Assembly (NCBI RefSeq): GCF_000015805.1
Contig: NC_009073.1
Coordinates: forward strand, 330,001 to 362,000
Length of the DNA: 32,000 bases
Direction: 5' to 3'
Origin: Pyrobaculum calidifontis JCM 11548
GTDB taxonomy: Archaea > Thermoproteota > Thermoprotei > Thermoproteales > Thermoproteaceae
Shown: piece after piece, positions 1-8,361 of the stretch
Numbering within the stretch: the first letter of the stretch is position 1
Layout of the letters: each line of letters starts with the position of its first letter
The notes under the pieces: model-generated
What the model was told of the DNA's origin: nothing
The model's input: the letters and a program-made list of their open reading frames with translations, nothing else
Databases searched by the model: none
Program-made: the position numbers and the translations under genes

Positions 1-44
1 TACGCGCGGCTCACGGTGTAAACCCCAGAGTAATTCACCGTCGA

Positions 45-422
45 GTGAGTGGACGCGATAGGATACTAAACATCCTCAAGCAACTTCCGCAGGACAATGT
101 CCTCGTCATAATTGATTATGAGGTAGGGCCGGCTAGGAAGTACATAGATGAGAACTTTGACCTGGAGAGAGTTGTAGAAGGGATTTATGTGGGCGTTTTT
201 AGACGTTCGCAGAGCGTGGTAGCTGTGGTGTTTGACCCCAGGATTGAGGAGGCGTTTATTTGCAGATATTTGAGAGAAAGGTGCAACGATGTAAATTGGG
301 TAAGGAGGGTAAAAAGCGGCGAGGCCTGCATCGCTCTGGTGGAGCTATTTAATGGAGAAGCCGTGGCCGCCCTTCTGCGGAAAGTCGGCACGGCGATTGT
401 GGAGAGGTTGGGGGGTAACTAA
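45..422 (+). CDS. hypothetical protein (125 aa, GTG start)
   Basis: This is the only long ORF here that is not shadowed by a better one. I recognise no motif in it. Its stop lies inside the TATA-like box of the next gene. Confidence 0.4.
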   Translation: MSGRDRILNILKQLPQDNVLVIIDYEVGPARKYIDENFDLERVVEGIYVGVFRRSQSVVAVVFDPRIEEAFICRYLRERCNDVNWVRRVKSGEACIALVELFNGEAVAALLRKVGTAIVERLGGN

Positions 423-430
423 TATATTTT
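420..430 (+). promoter_or_regulatory. TATA-like box (TAATATATTTT) for the 448 gene
   Basis: The AT-rich element is centred about 23 nt upstream of ATG 448. Confidence 0.45.
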
Positions 431-447
431 GGGCGTTGCTCTCCGCC

Positions 448-1389
448 ATGCTGTGGACTGTTTTGCTGTATGCAAATGGCACAGTCCTCCTGTTGCTCAA
501 CGCCACCTTAGCCGGGGTTGTGGCCAACGTCTCTCTCCCGGCGTCTCCCCTCGCCAAGCCCTACGTCGCCCTCGACGGGGTGCCTGTGCCCTTCCTCTTC
601 GAGGGGGACAGAGTCGTGGTGCCTCTGGGGGGCGGGGGCGTGGTGACAGTCAAGTACGTGCCCAGGCTCGGGGAGCTGGACGGCTTTCTCTACTTCAACC
701 TAACTACGCCCGACCTCTTCGTGATATGGGCCGAGGCTGGCGTCTTGGCCCTCCCTCGCCTAACCGTGCTGAATTTCACCAAGGTGGGTAACGACGTGAT
801 TATAGTGGCCAAGGGCCCCGGCGCCCTAGCCTACGCCAAGGTGTCAAATGTCACACGGCCCCCGGCATCCACGCCGCAGAGCACCCCAACGTCTACGCCC
901 CCCAGCCCCGCCCCAGCTACTGCGCAGAGCATCACGCCGGCCCTCCCCGCCACAACAACGACGACGCCTGTTGTAAATGTGCCGCACACTCAAGCATCCA
1001 CGGCGTCCCCCTCAAGCGTGGTATCGCCGACTGCCGCGGCCCCGCCTATAGCGACCCCCGCCGGGCCTATCTCAACGGGTAGCCCCTCGCCCAGCGGCCA
1101 GCTTTTGCTGGCAATTGGCGTGGCCGCCGCCCTGGCGGCTCTGGCCGCCGTCTTTGTCAAAGGGAGACGCGGCGGTGGGGGTGGCGCTACTGTGGGCGGC
1201 CTCTCTGAGGTAGATGAGAGAATTTTGGCTTATCTGAGGGAGAGGGGCGGCGCCTATGAGTCTGAGATTGCCAGAGACTTGGGCATTCCGCGTACCACTG
1301 TGTTTAGGGCTGTGCGGCGGCTGGAAGAGGCGGGTCTCGTCATCGTGGAGAAGAGAGGCGGCAGGAATTTTGTTAGAAGAGTTGGCTGA
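448..1389 (+). CDS. membrane-anchored winged-helix transcriptional regulator (COG2512-like architecture)
   Basis: The order is an N-terminal TM segment (MLWTVLLYANGTVLLLL), a beta-rich ectodomain with NxT/S sequons, a Thr/Pro/Ser linker, a second TM (LLLAIGVAAALAALAAVFV) and a Gly-rich hinge. The C-terminus is a MarR/TrmB-like wHTH (ILAYLRERGGAYESEIARDLGIPRTTVFRAVRRLEEAGLV). I chose ATG 448 over the track start 352 because of the TATA spacing and because 352-447 overlaps the upstream ORF. Confidence 0.6.
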   Translation: MLWTVLLYANGTVLLLLNATLAGVVANVSLPASPLAKPYVALDGVPVPFLFEGDRVVVPLGGGGVVTVKYVPRLGELDGFLYFNLTTPDLFVIWAEAGVLALPRLTVLNFTKVGNDVIIVAKGPGALAYAKVSNVTRPPASTPQSTPTSTPPSPAPATAQSITPALPATTTTTPVVNVPHTQASTASPSSVVSPTAAAPPIATPAGPISTGSPSPSGQLLLAIGVAAALAALAAVFVKGRRGGGGGATVGGLSEVDERILAYLRERGGAYESEIARDLGIPRTTVFRAVRRLEEAGLVIVEKRGGRNFVRRVG

Positions 1390-2983
1390 GCTCGATTCCG
1401 GCCAGCGTCGTGGCCACTGCGGCGGCGGTGGCCAGCGCCGAGAGTTTTAGGTAGTCTCGTAGAGGTAGCCCGGTCTCTTTGTAGACTAGGTAGACTGCGG
1501 GGTGTGCAAAGGGGAGTAGTATGGGCATTGTGCCGAGTATGTACATCATGAGGGCGGCTTGGTTTGTTATAAGGGGCCCTAGCACCACGGCTGAGGGCAC
1601 TAGGCCTATGGTGTTTGTGGCTAGTATGGCTGTGGCAAAGACCGTCGTGGGGCTGTTTAGATACTGGGCGAGGGGCTGTAGGACTCCGGTCTGTGCCACG
1701 GCTTGTCCAATCCCTATGAAGGAGCCTACGTAGATGAGGGTTTCCCATGATACCATTTGGTATAGCCTTTCCACTGCTCTGCCGCCGCCTGCCAATGCGA
1801 CAAAGGTTCCCGCTATAAAGGCGAGCGCCGTGTCTGTGAATTGGCTAAGCGCCACCGCGACGGCCAGTCCGGCGAGCCCGGAGGCGGCTAGCCTAGGCCT
1901 AAAAGTCTTCACGGGCGACTTCGCTCTCTCCAGTCTGTAGTACGCGGCTAGGCGTTCTATGGCCTTCTCGTCGCCTGCCACTAGGAGCTCGTCGCCTGGC
2001 TTAAAGACATAGGTCTCCAGGCTTGAGACAGGCCCGCCTGCCACAATTCCCACCACGGCCACGGGAAAGGCCGCGTGCACTGGCTCCAACGCGAGGCTCT
2101 TCCCCACGAGCCTAGAACGTTGTGTCACGACTAAAAACTCCATGTGGTCTGACTTGACCTCGCCTAGGGGGAGAATTTGGAGGTCTCTAGACCTAAGCCT
2201 GGCCGGAATGTCGGAGGTCAGCACTTTGACTAAGAGGACATCTCCGCGCCTAAGCACGCGTCTCTTTGTAAGAATCTTCACTCTCTCCCTGGTCTCCACC
2301 TCCTTCTTCCATGCGCCGTCGAGGCTCTCGCCGACTAAGGCTCTAACTAAGACGCTCTTTGCTGCTGTGGGGACTGATGGGGCTATCTTCTCTGCGTATT
2401 TCGCAATAGCGACGAAGAGTGGCACGGCCAACAGCAGCGAGTACAGCGCAGGCTCTGTGAATTGAAATATGCCGACCTCCTCGCCAGTTGTCTGTGGGTA
2501 TGTGCTGAGGAGGATTACGTTGCCCGCGTTTCCAATCATTGTCAGCCTGCCTCCAAGCGCGACCACGAAGGCGAGGGGGAGGACGTATGCCACCGGAGTC
2601 GTCTTCAGCCTCTTTGCGGTCTCAGCCACGAGGGCGGACAAGGCTAAAACTATGGCTACGTCGGATACAAAGCCCGAGGCGACGCCGGCCACGACGTAAA
2701 GCGCTGCCGCCAAGATAGTCATGTGCCTAGTCCGCTTGGCGAGTGACCCAGCCGCCAGATCTAAAAGCCCCGACTCGGCAATTACGCCGCTTATCACCAT
2801 AGACCCAAACAACACGACTACGGCTGGCGCAATTAGAAAAGAAAGGGCACTCTGGAGGCTGTAGACTCCCACTAGGACAAGGGCCATGAGGGCTGTGAAG
2901 GCCGCTACGTCTGGTCTATACCTCAGAGAAGCGGCCACGGTTGCGAACAGAGCCGCCAAAATGACAACAGTGTGAAAATCCAT
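1373..2983 (-). CDS. ArsB/NhaD-SLC13 superfamily anion permease with two central TrkA-C (RCK_C) domains
   Basis: The protein is polytopic and hydrophobic, with two soluble inserts carrying TrkA-C-like motifs (RRGDVLLVKV and FKPGDELLVAGDEKAIERL). Start ATG 2983 (MDFHTVV...) is supported by a TATA-like box 24 nt upstream. The track extension to 3103 has no such support. Confidence 0.7.
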   Translation of the reverse strand: MDFHTVVILAALFATVAASLRYRPDVAAFTALMALVLVGVYSLQSALSFLIAPAVVVLFGSMVISGVIAESGLLDLAAGSLAKRTRHMTILAAALYVVAGVASGFVSDVAIVLALSALVAETAKRLKTTPVAYVLPLAFVVALGGRLTMIGNAGNVILLSTYPQTTGEEVGIFQFTEPALYSLLLAVPLFVAIAKYAEKIAPSVPTAAKSVLVRALVGESLDGAWKKEVETRERVKILTKRRVLRRGDVLLVKVLTSDIPARLRSRDLQILPLGEVKSDHMEFLVVTQRSRLVGKSLALEPVHAAFPVAVVGIVAGGPVSSLETYVFKPGDELLVAGDEKAIERLAAYYRLERAKSPVKTFRPRLAASGLAGLAVAVALSQFTDTALAFIAGTFVALAGGGRAVERLYQMVSWETLIYVGSFIGIGQAVAQTGVLQPLAQYLNSPTTVFATAILATNTIGLVPSAVVLGPLITNQAALMMYILGTMPILLPFAHPAVYLVYKETGLPLRDYLKLSALATAAAVATTLAGIELSQLF

Positions 2984-3003
2984 GCGTGACCACCGCAGTC
3001 CTT

Positions 3004-3011
3004 GATATAAG
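3004..3011 (-). promoter_or_regulatory. TATA-like box (minus strand CTTATATC) for the permease gene
   Basis: It is centred about 24 nt upstream of ATG 2983. Confidence 0.4.
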
Positions 3012-3456
3012 AGTTGCGCCGCTGCGTATCCATTATACGCCTCGATGCGTAATGTGAACAAGAGTGTCAAGGAGGAAAGAGGCGTTGAAAGGATACTAAG
3101 CACCGTAGCTGAGGTTTTCTCGGAGTATGGCTACCGACGAAGTAGCTAAGAGGGCCGGCATTTATAAGGCATTGGTTTTTGGCACTTAATTAGATTGGCC
3201 AAGAGGGCCTCGTCAGAGGCCTCCTTAAGATGTCTGCTTGGTGGCGCATCACTTCTAGGCTCTCTAAATAGTGTAAATAAGCTGTGGAGTCTAGTAATGT
3301 GGACTGAGACGCCATTGAGATACTGTCTCCGAAGCTTAGGGCCGCCGCAAAGCTCTTCATAGAGACGGGGAATTTTGAGGCTTGTCCAGCGTCTCTCCGT
3401 CCTCTGCTTGGAGGACTTCGTTGAACTTCTGCGTTGTGTAAAAGCGTTGCCGATCG

Positions 3457-4728
3457 TTAGATTAGCTCCTCTAGCCTCCTTTTGGCGCTTTCCACTCCCC
3501 TCAGTGCCCACGTGGTGGCGGCCATTGCGCCGATAAGCCAGATGGCGGCGTTTAGGGCTAGGAATTGGCCCGCGGTGAGGACGCCCTCCGTGAACACCGC
3601 CGCAGTGTTTATAAGCCACGCAGACGCCGTGACGAGGCCTACCACTGAGGACCTAACGCCCGTGGGAAATAGCTCGCTCTCCAGGGCGCTCAGCGAGGCC
3701 CACGCCCACTCGGAGAAGACTAGGTTGAAGAAGAGGACCGCCAAATAGGCCCACTGCGGCGCCCCGTGCACCACCGCGAGGCCTACCGCAGTGGCAAAGC
3801 CGCCGAGGAACGCCGAGAGGAGCGCCGCCCTCCGAGAGGCATCTATTAGGGGGATGAACAAGAAGGCGCCCAGCGACGCGCCGAGGTTTGCCACAGCTAT
3901 CACCACGGGGGCCGACTCTGGCCCATAGGCGAAGCCCTCGGCATATGGCGAATAGTACGCGGCTATGTTGTAAGTCACGAGCTGGGTGGCTGTCACAGTG
4001 ATTAACACGGATAGGCGGAACAAGTACCTCCTCACAGCCTCTCCCAGGCCTATCTCAAGCGTGGCGGGGTTCACCTCCTCTGTCCCCAACAGCCTCTTTG
4101 CAAGGGCCTTAGCCTCAGCAACTCTCCCAGCTGCGGCTAGCCACCGGGGCGACTCGGGGAGGTGGAGCCGCGCGAAGAAGACAACCACGGCCAGGGCTAG
4201 GGCGGAGTAGAAGGTGTTAAGCACCACGGTGCCCGGGTCCTCTGCCAGCTCCTTGTACCACAGAGAGAGGCCCGCTATGACGGCGGCGCCGATGTTCCAG
4301 AAATTGGTTGCCAACATGATGGCCCTCCCCCTGAGGTATGGCGGGGAGAGCTCGGCGATGGCGGCGTAGGCTGGCCCCACCTCGCCTCCCACGCCGAAGT
4401 TTATCAGCGAGGTGACCAAGAGCGCCGTGGCCAAGTTAATCCATCCAGCCCAGTACAAGGCCACAAAGGCGAAGGCTACGGCTGTATATATCGACAGCGA
4501 GACGATTAGGCCCAGCCTCCTCCCCACTCTGTCGGTCAAGGCGCCGAGGGCCAGCGCCCCGGCCATGAAGGCCAGGGAATTCGCCGCGAATATGTACACG
4601 GCGTAGTCCGCCAGGCCGGGCAAGAGGTAGACCGTGGCTGGGACGAGGCTGAAGAGGACGCCGTCTAGGAAAAAGCTCGCTGAGACCACGGCGAATAGCT
4701 CCCAGTGGGCCCTAGTCCACTTGTCCAT
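3457..4728 (-). CDS. MFS transporter, sugar-porter-like
   Basis: There are about 12 predicted TM segments. The MFS loop motif DRVGRRLG follows TM2, and the sugar-porter signature LPESPRWL sits in the central loop. Confidence 0.8.
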   Translation of the reverse strand: MDKWTRAHWELFAVVSASFFLDGVLFSLVPATVYLLPGLADYAVYIFAANSLAFMAGALALGALTDRVGRRLGLIVSLSIYTAVAFAFVALYWAGWINLATALLVTSLINFGVGGEVGPAYAAIAELSPPYLRGRAIMLATNFWNIGAAVIAGLSLWYKELAEDPGTVVLNTFYSALALAVVVFFARLHLPESPRWLAAAGRVAEAKALAKRLLGTEEVNPATLEIGLGEAVRRYLFRLSVLITVTATQLVTYNIAAYYSPYAEGFAYGPESAPVVIAVANLGASLGAFLFIPLIDASRRAALLSAFLGGFATAVGLAVVHGAPQWAYLAVLFFNLVFSEWAWASLSALESELFPTGVRSSVVGLVTASAWLINTAAVFTEGVLTAGQFLALNAAIWLIGAMAATTWALRGVESAKRRLEELI

Positions 4729-4745
4729 ATGTTAATTATTTGAGT

Positions 4746-4756
4746 AAGATAAATAC
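4746..4756 (-). promoter_or_regulatory. TATA-like box (minus strand GTATTTATCTT) for the MFS gene
   Basis: It is centred about 23 nt upstream of ATG 4728. Confidence 0.4.
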
Positions 4757-4767
4757 ATTATCGCCGG

Positions 4768-4787
4768 GTTTTCCGCCTTTGGAAAAC
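4768..4787. promoter_or_regulatory. perfect 7-bp inverted repeat GTTTTCC-N6-GGAAAAC (candidate operator, copy 1)
   Basis: I read this directly from the sequence. It lies between the two divergent TATA boxes. Confidence 0.4.
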
Positions 4788-4796
4788 AGACGGCGG

Positions 4797-4815
4797 GCTT
4801 TCCGCCTGTGAAAAC
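4797..4815. promoter_or_regulatory. degenerate second copy GCTTTCCGCCTGTGAAAAC of the same element
   Basis: It shares TTTCCGCCT..TG.AAAAC with copy 1, about 29 nt downstream. It ends 9 nt before the TATA box of the 4853 gene. Confidence 0.35.
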
Positions 4816-4823
4816 TGGGCATT

Positions 4824-4833
4824 CCTTAAAAGG
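4824..4833 (+). promoter_or_regulatory. TATA-like box (CCTTAAAAGG) for the 4853 gene
   Basis: It is centred about 24 nt upstream of ATG 4853. Confidence 0.45.
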
Positions 4834-4852
4834 CCCTGGGAGGAGCTCCGCC

Positions 4853-5770
4853 ATGCGGTGGATAATCCCCGCGTTGGTAATAGCCGCCGCGGCTCTGGCG
4901 GCAAATGTCACATACGTGGTGACGCCGTCTGGCAATATACACATAACGTATCAAGACAATGGGACCTTCATAGTAATAAACTTCAATAACAATAAGACGC
5001 TCACCATAAACGCGAAGCTGAATATCACTAACGCCACAGATCTCTACTACATACACGTGGTGGGCAAGGCCGTGGGCGTCTACAACTCCACAGCGGTAAA
5101 AGCCCTCCTCTCCACTCTGCAGAACGCCACTCGGGCACAGGCGCTTGAGACGCTACGCCAGCTGGCCTACACCCTGGCCGCGAGTAACTCCACGAGGGAG
5201 CTCAAGGTCAAGGCCTTTATAACTGCGAGGAGCCTCAACGCCACTTACAACGCCACGTGGCTCCGCATGAAGGTAGAGTACGAGTTTGAGAAAAAGCTGG
5301 GCAAGCTCAACGGCACGAGAGTTACCACAGAAAACGAGCTAGAGATTAAGGGCTATGCCGCAAACGCGCAGAAACTCGCCGAGGTTCTCAGGGCGCTGGC
5401 TAGGCAACTGGCCCCCGTGGACAACGCCACAGCCTCGGCGCTCCTCCAGATAAGCAACAGAATAAACGGCACGGCCATCAGCCTAAAGACGGTGCAAAAC
5501 GGCACAGAGATAAAGGTCGTCTACAAGAACGGGAAATTCGAAATTGAGATAGAGAGAGGCAGAGATAAGAAGCACGAGGAGAGAGACGCCGCTGGCGGCA
5601 AGCAAGAGGAGAAAAAGGAGGAGAACGGAAAAGAAGAGTCAAAACAAGGCAACAAATCAAATGACGACGATAGCAAGGAGAAAAAGGATAGCGGAGAGTC
5701 AAAGAAAGACGACAAGAAGTCAGACGAGGGAGGAGGAGAGAAGGAAAAGAGCGAGAAGAAAAAGCGCTAA
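4853..5770 (+). CDS. exported, sequon-dense glycoprotein with a Lys/Glu/Asp-rich C-terminal tail
   Basis: There is a signal/anchor segment (MRWIIPALVIAAAALAANV), about 14 NxS/T sequons in about 235 aa, and then a roughly 70-aa KE-rich low-complexity tail. I preferred ATG 4853 to track start 4808 because of the TATA spacing. Confidence 0.55.
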   Translation: MRWIIPALVIAAAALAANVTYVVTPSGNIHITYQDNGTFIVINFNNNKTLTINAKLNITNATDLYYIHVVGKAVGVYNSTAVKALLSTLQNATRAQALETLRQLAYTLAASNSTRELKVKAFITARSLNATYNATWLRMKVEYEFEKKLGKLNGTRVTTENELEIKGYAANAQKLAEVLRALARQLAPVDNATASALLQISNRINGTAISLKTVQNGTEIKVVYKNGKFEIEIERGRDKKHEERDAAGGKQEEKKEENGKEESKQGNKSNDDDSKEKKDSGESKKDDKKSDEGGGEKEKSEKKKR

Positions 5771-5794
5771 GTTATTTCAAGTCCAACGCCCCTA

Positions 5795-5807
5795 TTTTTT
5801 CCATTTT
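5795..5807 (+). terminator. oligo-T tract (T6 then T4), candidate archaeal terminator
   Basis: TTTTTTCCATTTT begins 25 nt after the stop at 5770. Confidence 0.3.
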
Positions 5808-5930
5808 CACGATTTCGGCCATGCCTAATACCCCCGTGCATCGCGTCTTTCACTGCGACGTACTTCGCGGCTTCCTCTTTTCTCTCCCTTGGCAGAGCTA
5901 GGGAGTGGGGTCCTCCCATACTGCCCTAAG

Positions 5931-5940
5931 CTTTTTAAGA
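5931..5940 (+). promoter_or_regulatory. TATA-like box (CTTTTTAAGA) for the aldolase gene
   Basis: It is centred about 22 nt upstream of ATG 5958, which argues against the earlier starts at 5889 and 5940. Confidence 0.4.
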
Positions 5941-5957
5941 TGGATGTTTTGTCTCCT

Positions 5958-6866
5958 ATGAAACTTGAGGGAGTTGTGGCGGCTACGGTTACCCCGTTTT
6001 CTAAAGATGGGGTAAACTTCGAGGCGCTGAGGGCGCTGTTGGCTAAAGTGGCTGCCGACGGCTACCACCTATTTCCCACCTCGTCGACGGGGGAGGTGAC
6101 TAAGCTCACTGTGGAGGAGCGGGTCAAGGTGATGGAGGTGGCCAAGGAGGTGGCCGGGGGGAGTGTCTACGTGGTGGCTGGCACGGGGACGGGGGACCAC
6201 GTCTCCACTATAGACATCATAAGGCGGTATAGAGACGTCGGCGTCGACTTCGTCCTCATAACCCCACCCTACTACATACAGTACGACTGGGCGGCCATCT
6301 ACGCCTTCTACAAGAAGGTCCTCGACAAGGTGGACGTCCCCGTAATTCTCTACACAATCCCCCTCGCCGTGGGGTACAACATACCTGTGGAAGTGTTTGA
6401 GCTCGTGGCCAATGAGTACAGCCAAGTGGTGGCGGTGAAGGACTCCTCTGGCGACTTCCGCTACCACCTAGACTTAATCCACCTGCTTGGCAAAAGGCTG
6501 TCGATTCTCCAGGGGCTCGACTTGTTGTTTGTCCCCTCCCTCGTCATGGGGGCCCACGGCGGCATTTTGGCTGGGCCCAACTTCCTCGGCAAGCTCACGC
6601 TTAGGCAGTACCAGCTGGTGAAAGAGGGGAAGGTGGCCGAGGCGGTGGAGCTTCACAACAGGCTTATGCCGCTGTGGAGGTTCATGGGCGGGTGTGGGCT
6701 AGTGGGGAAGCTCGGCGGCAAGTGGCCCACGCTCTACAAGGTGGCGGCGGAGATGGTGCACGGCATCGACATGGGCCCCCCGCGGGAGCCCCTGCCCCCC
6801 ATTGACGACAAGGATAGAAAAGAGCTGGAGCGCCTTTTGAGAGAGCTGGGGCTTGTAAAGCCTTAA
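5958..6866 (+). CDS. DapA/NAL-family class I (Schiff-base) aldolase; substrate not assignable from sequence
   Basis: The family pattern is present: VTPF near the N-terminus, TSSTGE, GTGT, PPYY, and the catalytic-lysine motif VAVKDSSGD. A LysW-type pathway in the same window suggests lysine may not use DapA here, so a KD(P)G-aldolase-like role is possible but unproven. Confidence 0.75.
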   Translation: MKLEGVVAATVTPFSKDGVNFEALRALLAKVAADGYHLFPTSSTGEVTKLTVEERVKVMEVAKEVAGGSVYVVAGTGTGDHVSTIDIIRRYRDVGVDFVLITPPYYIQYDWAAIYAFYKKVLDKVDVPVILYTIPLAVGYNIPVEVFELVANEYSQVVAVKDSSGDFRYHLDLIHLLGKRLSILQGLDLLFVPSLVMGAHGGILAGPNFLGKLTLRQYQLVKEGKVAEAVELHNRLMPLWRFMGGCGLVGKLGGKWPTLYKVAAEMVHGIDMGPPREPLPPIDDKDRKELERLLRELGLVKP

Positions 6867-7516
6867 TGCCCGTAGTAGACGCGGCTGCTTTTGAGGCGAG
6901 GAAGAGGGCCTTTGTGGAAAGGCTCGAGAGAGAGGCTCTGCAGGGGAGAGTAGACGAGGACATCCTCCCCCTCCTCCGCCTCTTGAACACACACCCCCGC
7001 ATCTACACCACCTCCTCGTGTAGCGGGAGGATTATGGTGGCGGAGGCGGTTAGGCCGAGCTTCAGCAAGGGGAGGGGGTTTAGGCCTGTGGCCAAGTGGC
7101 ACCACCCAGTGCCGCCCGACCTGGTGAGAGAGGTGGTGTCCAACGTGGAATACGCCTGGCTAATGGTTAGGGGGGCCATCCTCCACGTGGCAGCCGCCGA
7201 TGCGAAGACTGCCTACAAGCTCGTGGAGATTGGGCGAGAGACTGGCCACAAACACAGCGGTATCATAGCCATGAACAGGGCCGGCATATTCGTGGAGATA
7301 CTGGGCGAGGAGCGGCTCGACATACCCATCAAACGTGGCTCCCCCATAGCGGACATAGACGCGGCAATGGACCTCGCCAATAAGACCCTCATATTGGCCA
7401 AGCTGAGGCTCTACTGGCTCGCGGCTAGGCTTGAGGCAGAGCTATTCGGCGTCGAGGCTCCCACAAGCGAGGAGATAAGAAGAGCGATTAGAAGGGTTGC
7501 CCAATGCCTCGGCTAG
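6866..7516 (+). CDS. taw3: tRNA wyosine-derivative methyltransferase Taw3 (TYW3 family)
   Basis: It carries the TYW3 signature TTSSCSGRI and is about 216 aa. Its ATG overlaps the upstream TAA (TAATG). Confidence 0.65.
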   Translation: MPVVDAAAFEARKRAFVERLEREALQGRVDEDILPLLRLLNTHPRIYTTSSCSGRIMVAEAVRPSFSKGRGFRPVAKWHHPVPPDLVREVVSNVEYAWLMVRGAILHVAAADAKTAYKLVEIGRETGHKHSGIIAMNRAGIFVEILGEERLDIPIKRGSPIADIDAAMDLANKTLILAKLRLYWLAARLEAELFGVEAPTSEEIRRAIRRVAQCLG

Positions 7517-8361
7517 CCCACCCTCGTGGCGTTTATGACAAGGGGGTCATAGACCTGCGGCTTGTTTAACAGCGTAATTGTCAACGTCTGCGGCTTGCCG
7601 CCCTCCACTACAGCTGGCTCTATTCGTATGTCTGGAGGCGCAATTAGCTGATACCTCCCTGGCGGCAGTGTTACATTTACCCTATACGCGGCGTCAGCTG
7701 GAATTAAGCCCAAGGCGCCTGGGCTGAGAGTGGTGACGGCAAGCTGTTGCCTACTTGTAGCATTTATAACTTTCAACCCTTTCACGCAGGAGACGTATAC
7801 AGCCCTATTTATGGGGTACTCGTCGCCTAGATACTCCACGGCAGTTATGTCTAAGCTTTTGTCGGCCATGGCCTCAAGATAGACGTTTACCAAGCCTAGT
7901 TGCGTCATGTTGATACTATATGGCTTGAAAAACTTGCCGTTAAGCGGTAGATAAGACGCGCTTGTCAAATTTAGCGTAGCGTTCCCCGCTCGGGCCTTGA
8001 ACACGTAAAAGGAAACGGGATCCTCTACCCTCACTCTCTCCACCGTCACGTTGAAGTAGTAGATGTACTTATTGCCTAGCCCGCCGCACTTCGTGACATT
8101 TGGCGTGGCGATGTAGAGAACCACGGACTTCACGGTGCTCCTCTGGCTTGGCGAAGGAGTTGTGGTAGTGGCGGGAGGCTGGGTTGGGGGAGGCGGCGTC
8201 GTGGTCTGAGTAGTGGGAGGCGCTGTGGTGGCGCTGGGGGTTGTGGTAGTAGTGGTCGGCGGCTGGGTGAAGTGGGTGTAGAGGACGTAGACGAGGGCGG
8301 CGCCTGCTGCGACCACTATCGCGAGGGCTATGGTGGCTATGTAGTTGAATATAGAGGTCAT
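7513..8361 (-). CDS. membrane-anchored surface protein with a Thr/Pro-rich stalk (hypothetical)
   Basis: The order is an N-terminal TM ([21 protein letters not shown]), a 45-aa T/P tract, then a beta-rich domain with NxT/S sequons. Its ATG overlaps the surE stop (ATGA), indicating co-transcription. Confidence 0.55.
   Translation of the reverse strand: MTSIFNYIATIALAIVVAAGAALVYVLYTHFTQPPTTTTTTPSATTAPPTTQTTTPPPPTQPPATTTTPSPSQRSTVKSVVLYIATPNVTKCGGLGNKYIYYFNVTVERVRVEDPVSFYVFKARAGNATLNLTSASYLPLNGKFFKPYSINMTQLGLVNVYLEAMADKSLDITAVEYLGDEYPINRAVYVSCVKGLKVINATSRQQLAVTTLSPGALGLIPADAAYRVNVTLPPGRYQLIAPPDIRIEPAVVEGGKPQTLTITLLNKPQVYDPLVINATRVG

Noticed and set aside
352-447. The upstream extension of the membrane wHTH ORF, which overlaps ORF 45-422.
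   Set aside because: It overlaps the preceding ORF. ATG 448 has the correct TATA spacing and begins exactly at the first TM segment.
868-1100. Thr/Pro/Ser-rich tracts here, at 8140-8270 and (shorter) at 20265-20300, which look like tandem repeats.
   Set aside because: They are compositionally biased linker regions, probably O-glycosylated stalks of surface proteins, with no regular repeat unit.
3146-3619. A 157-aa minus-strand ORF spanning the MFS 3' end and the downstream gap.
   Set aside because: Two thirds of it overlaps the MFS gene out of frame. Its basic, low-complexity sequence has no recognisable domain.
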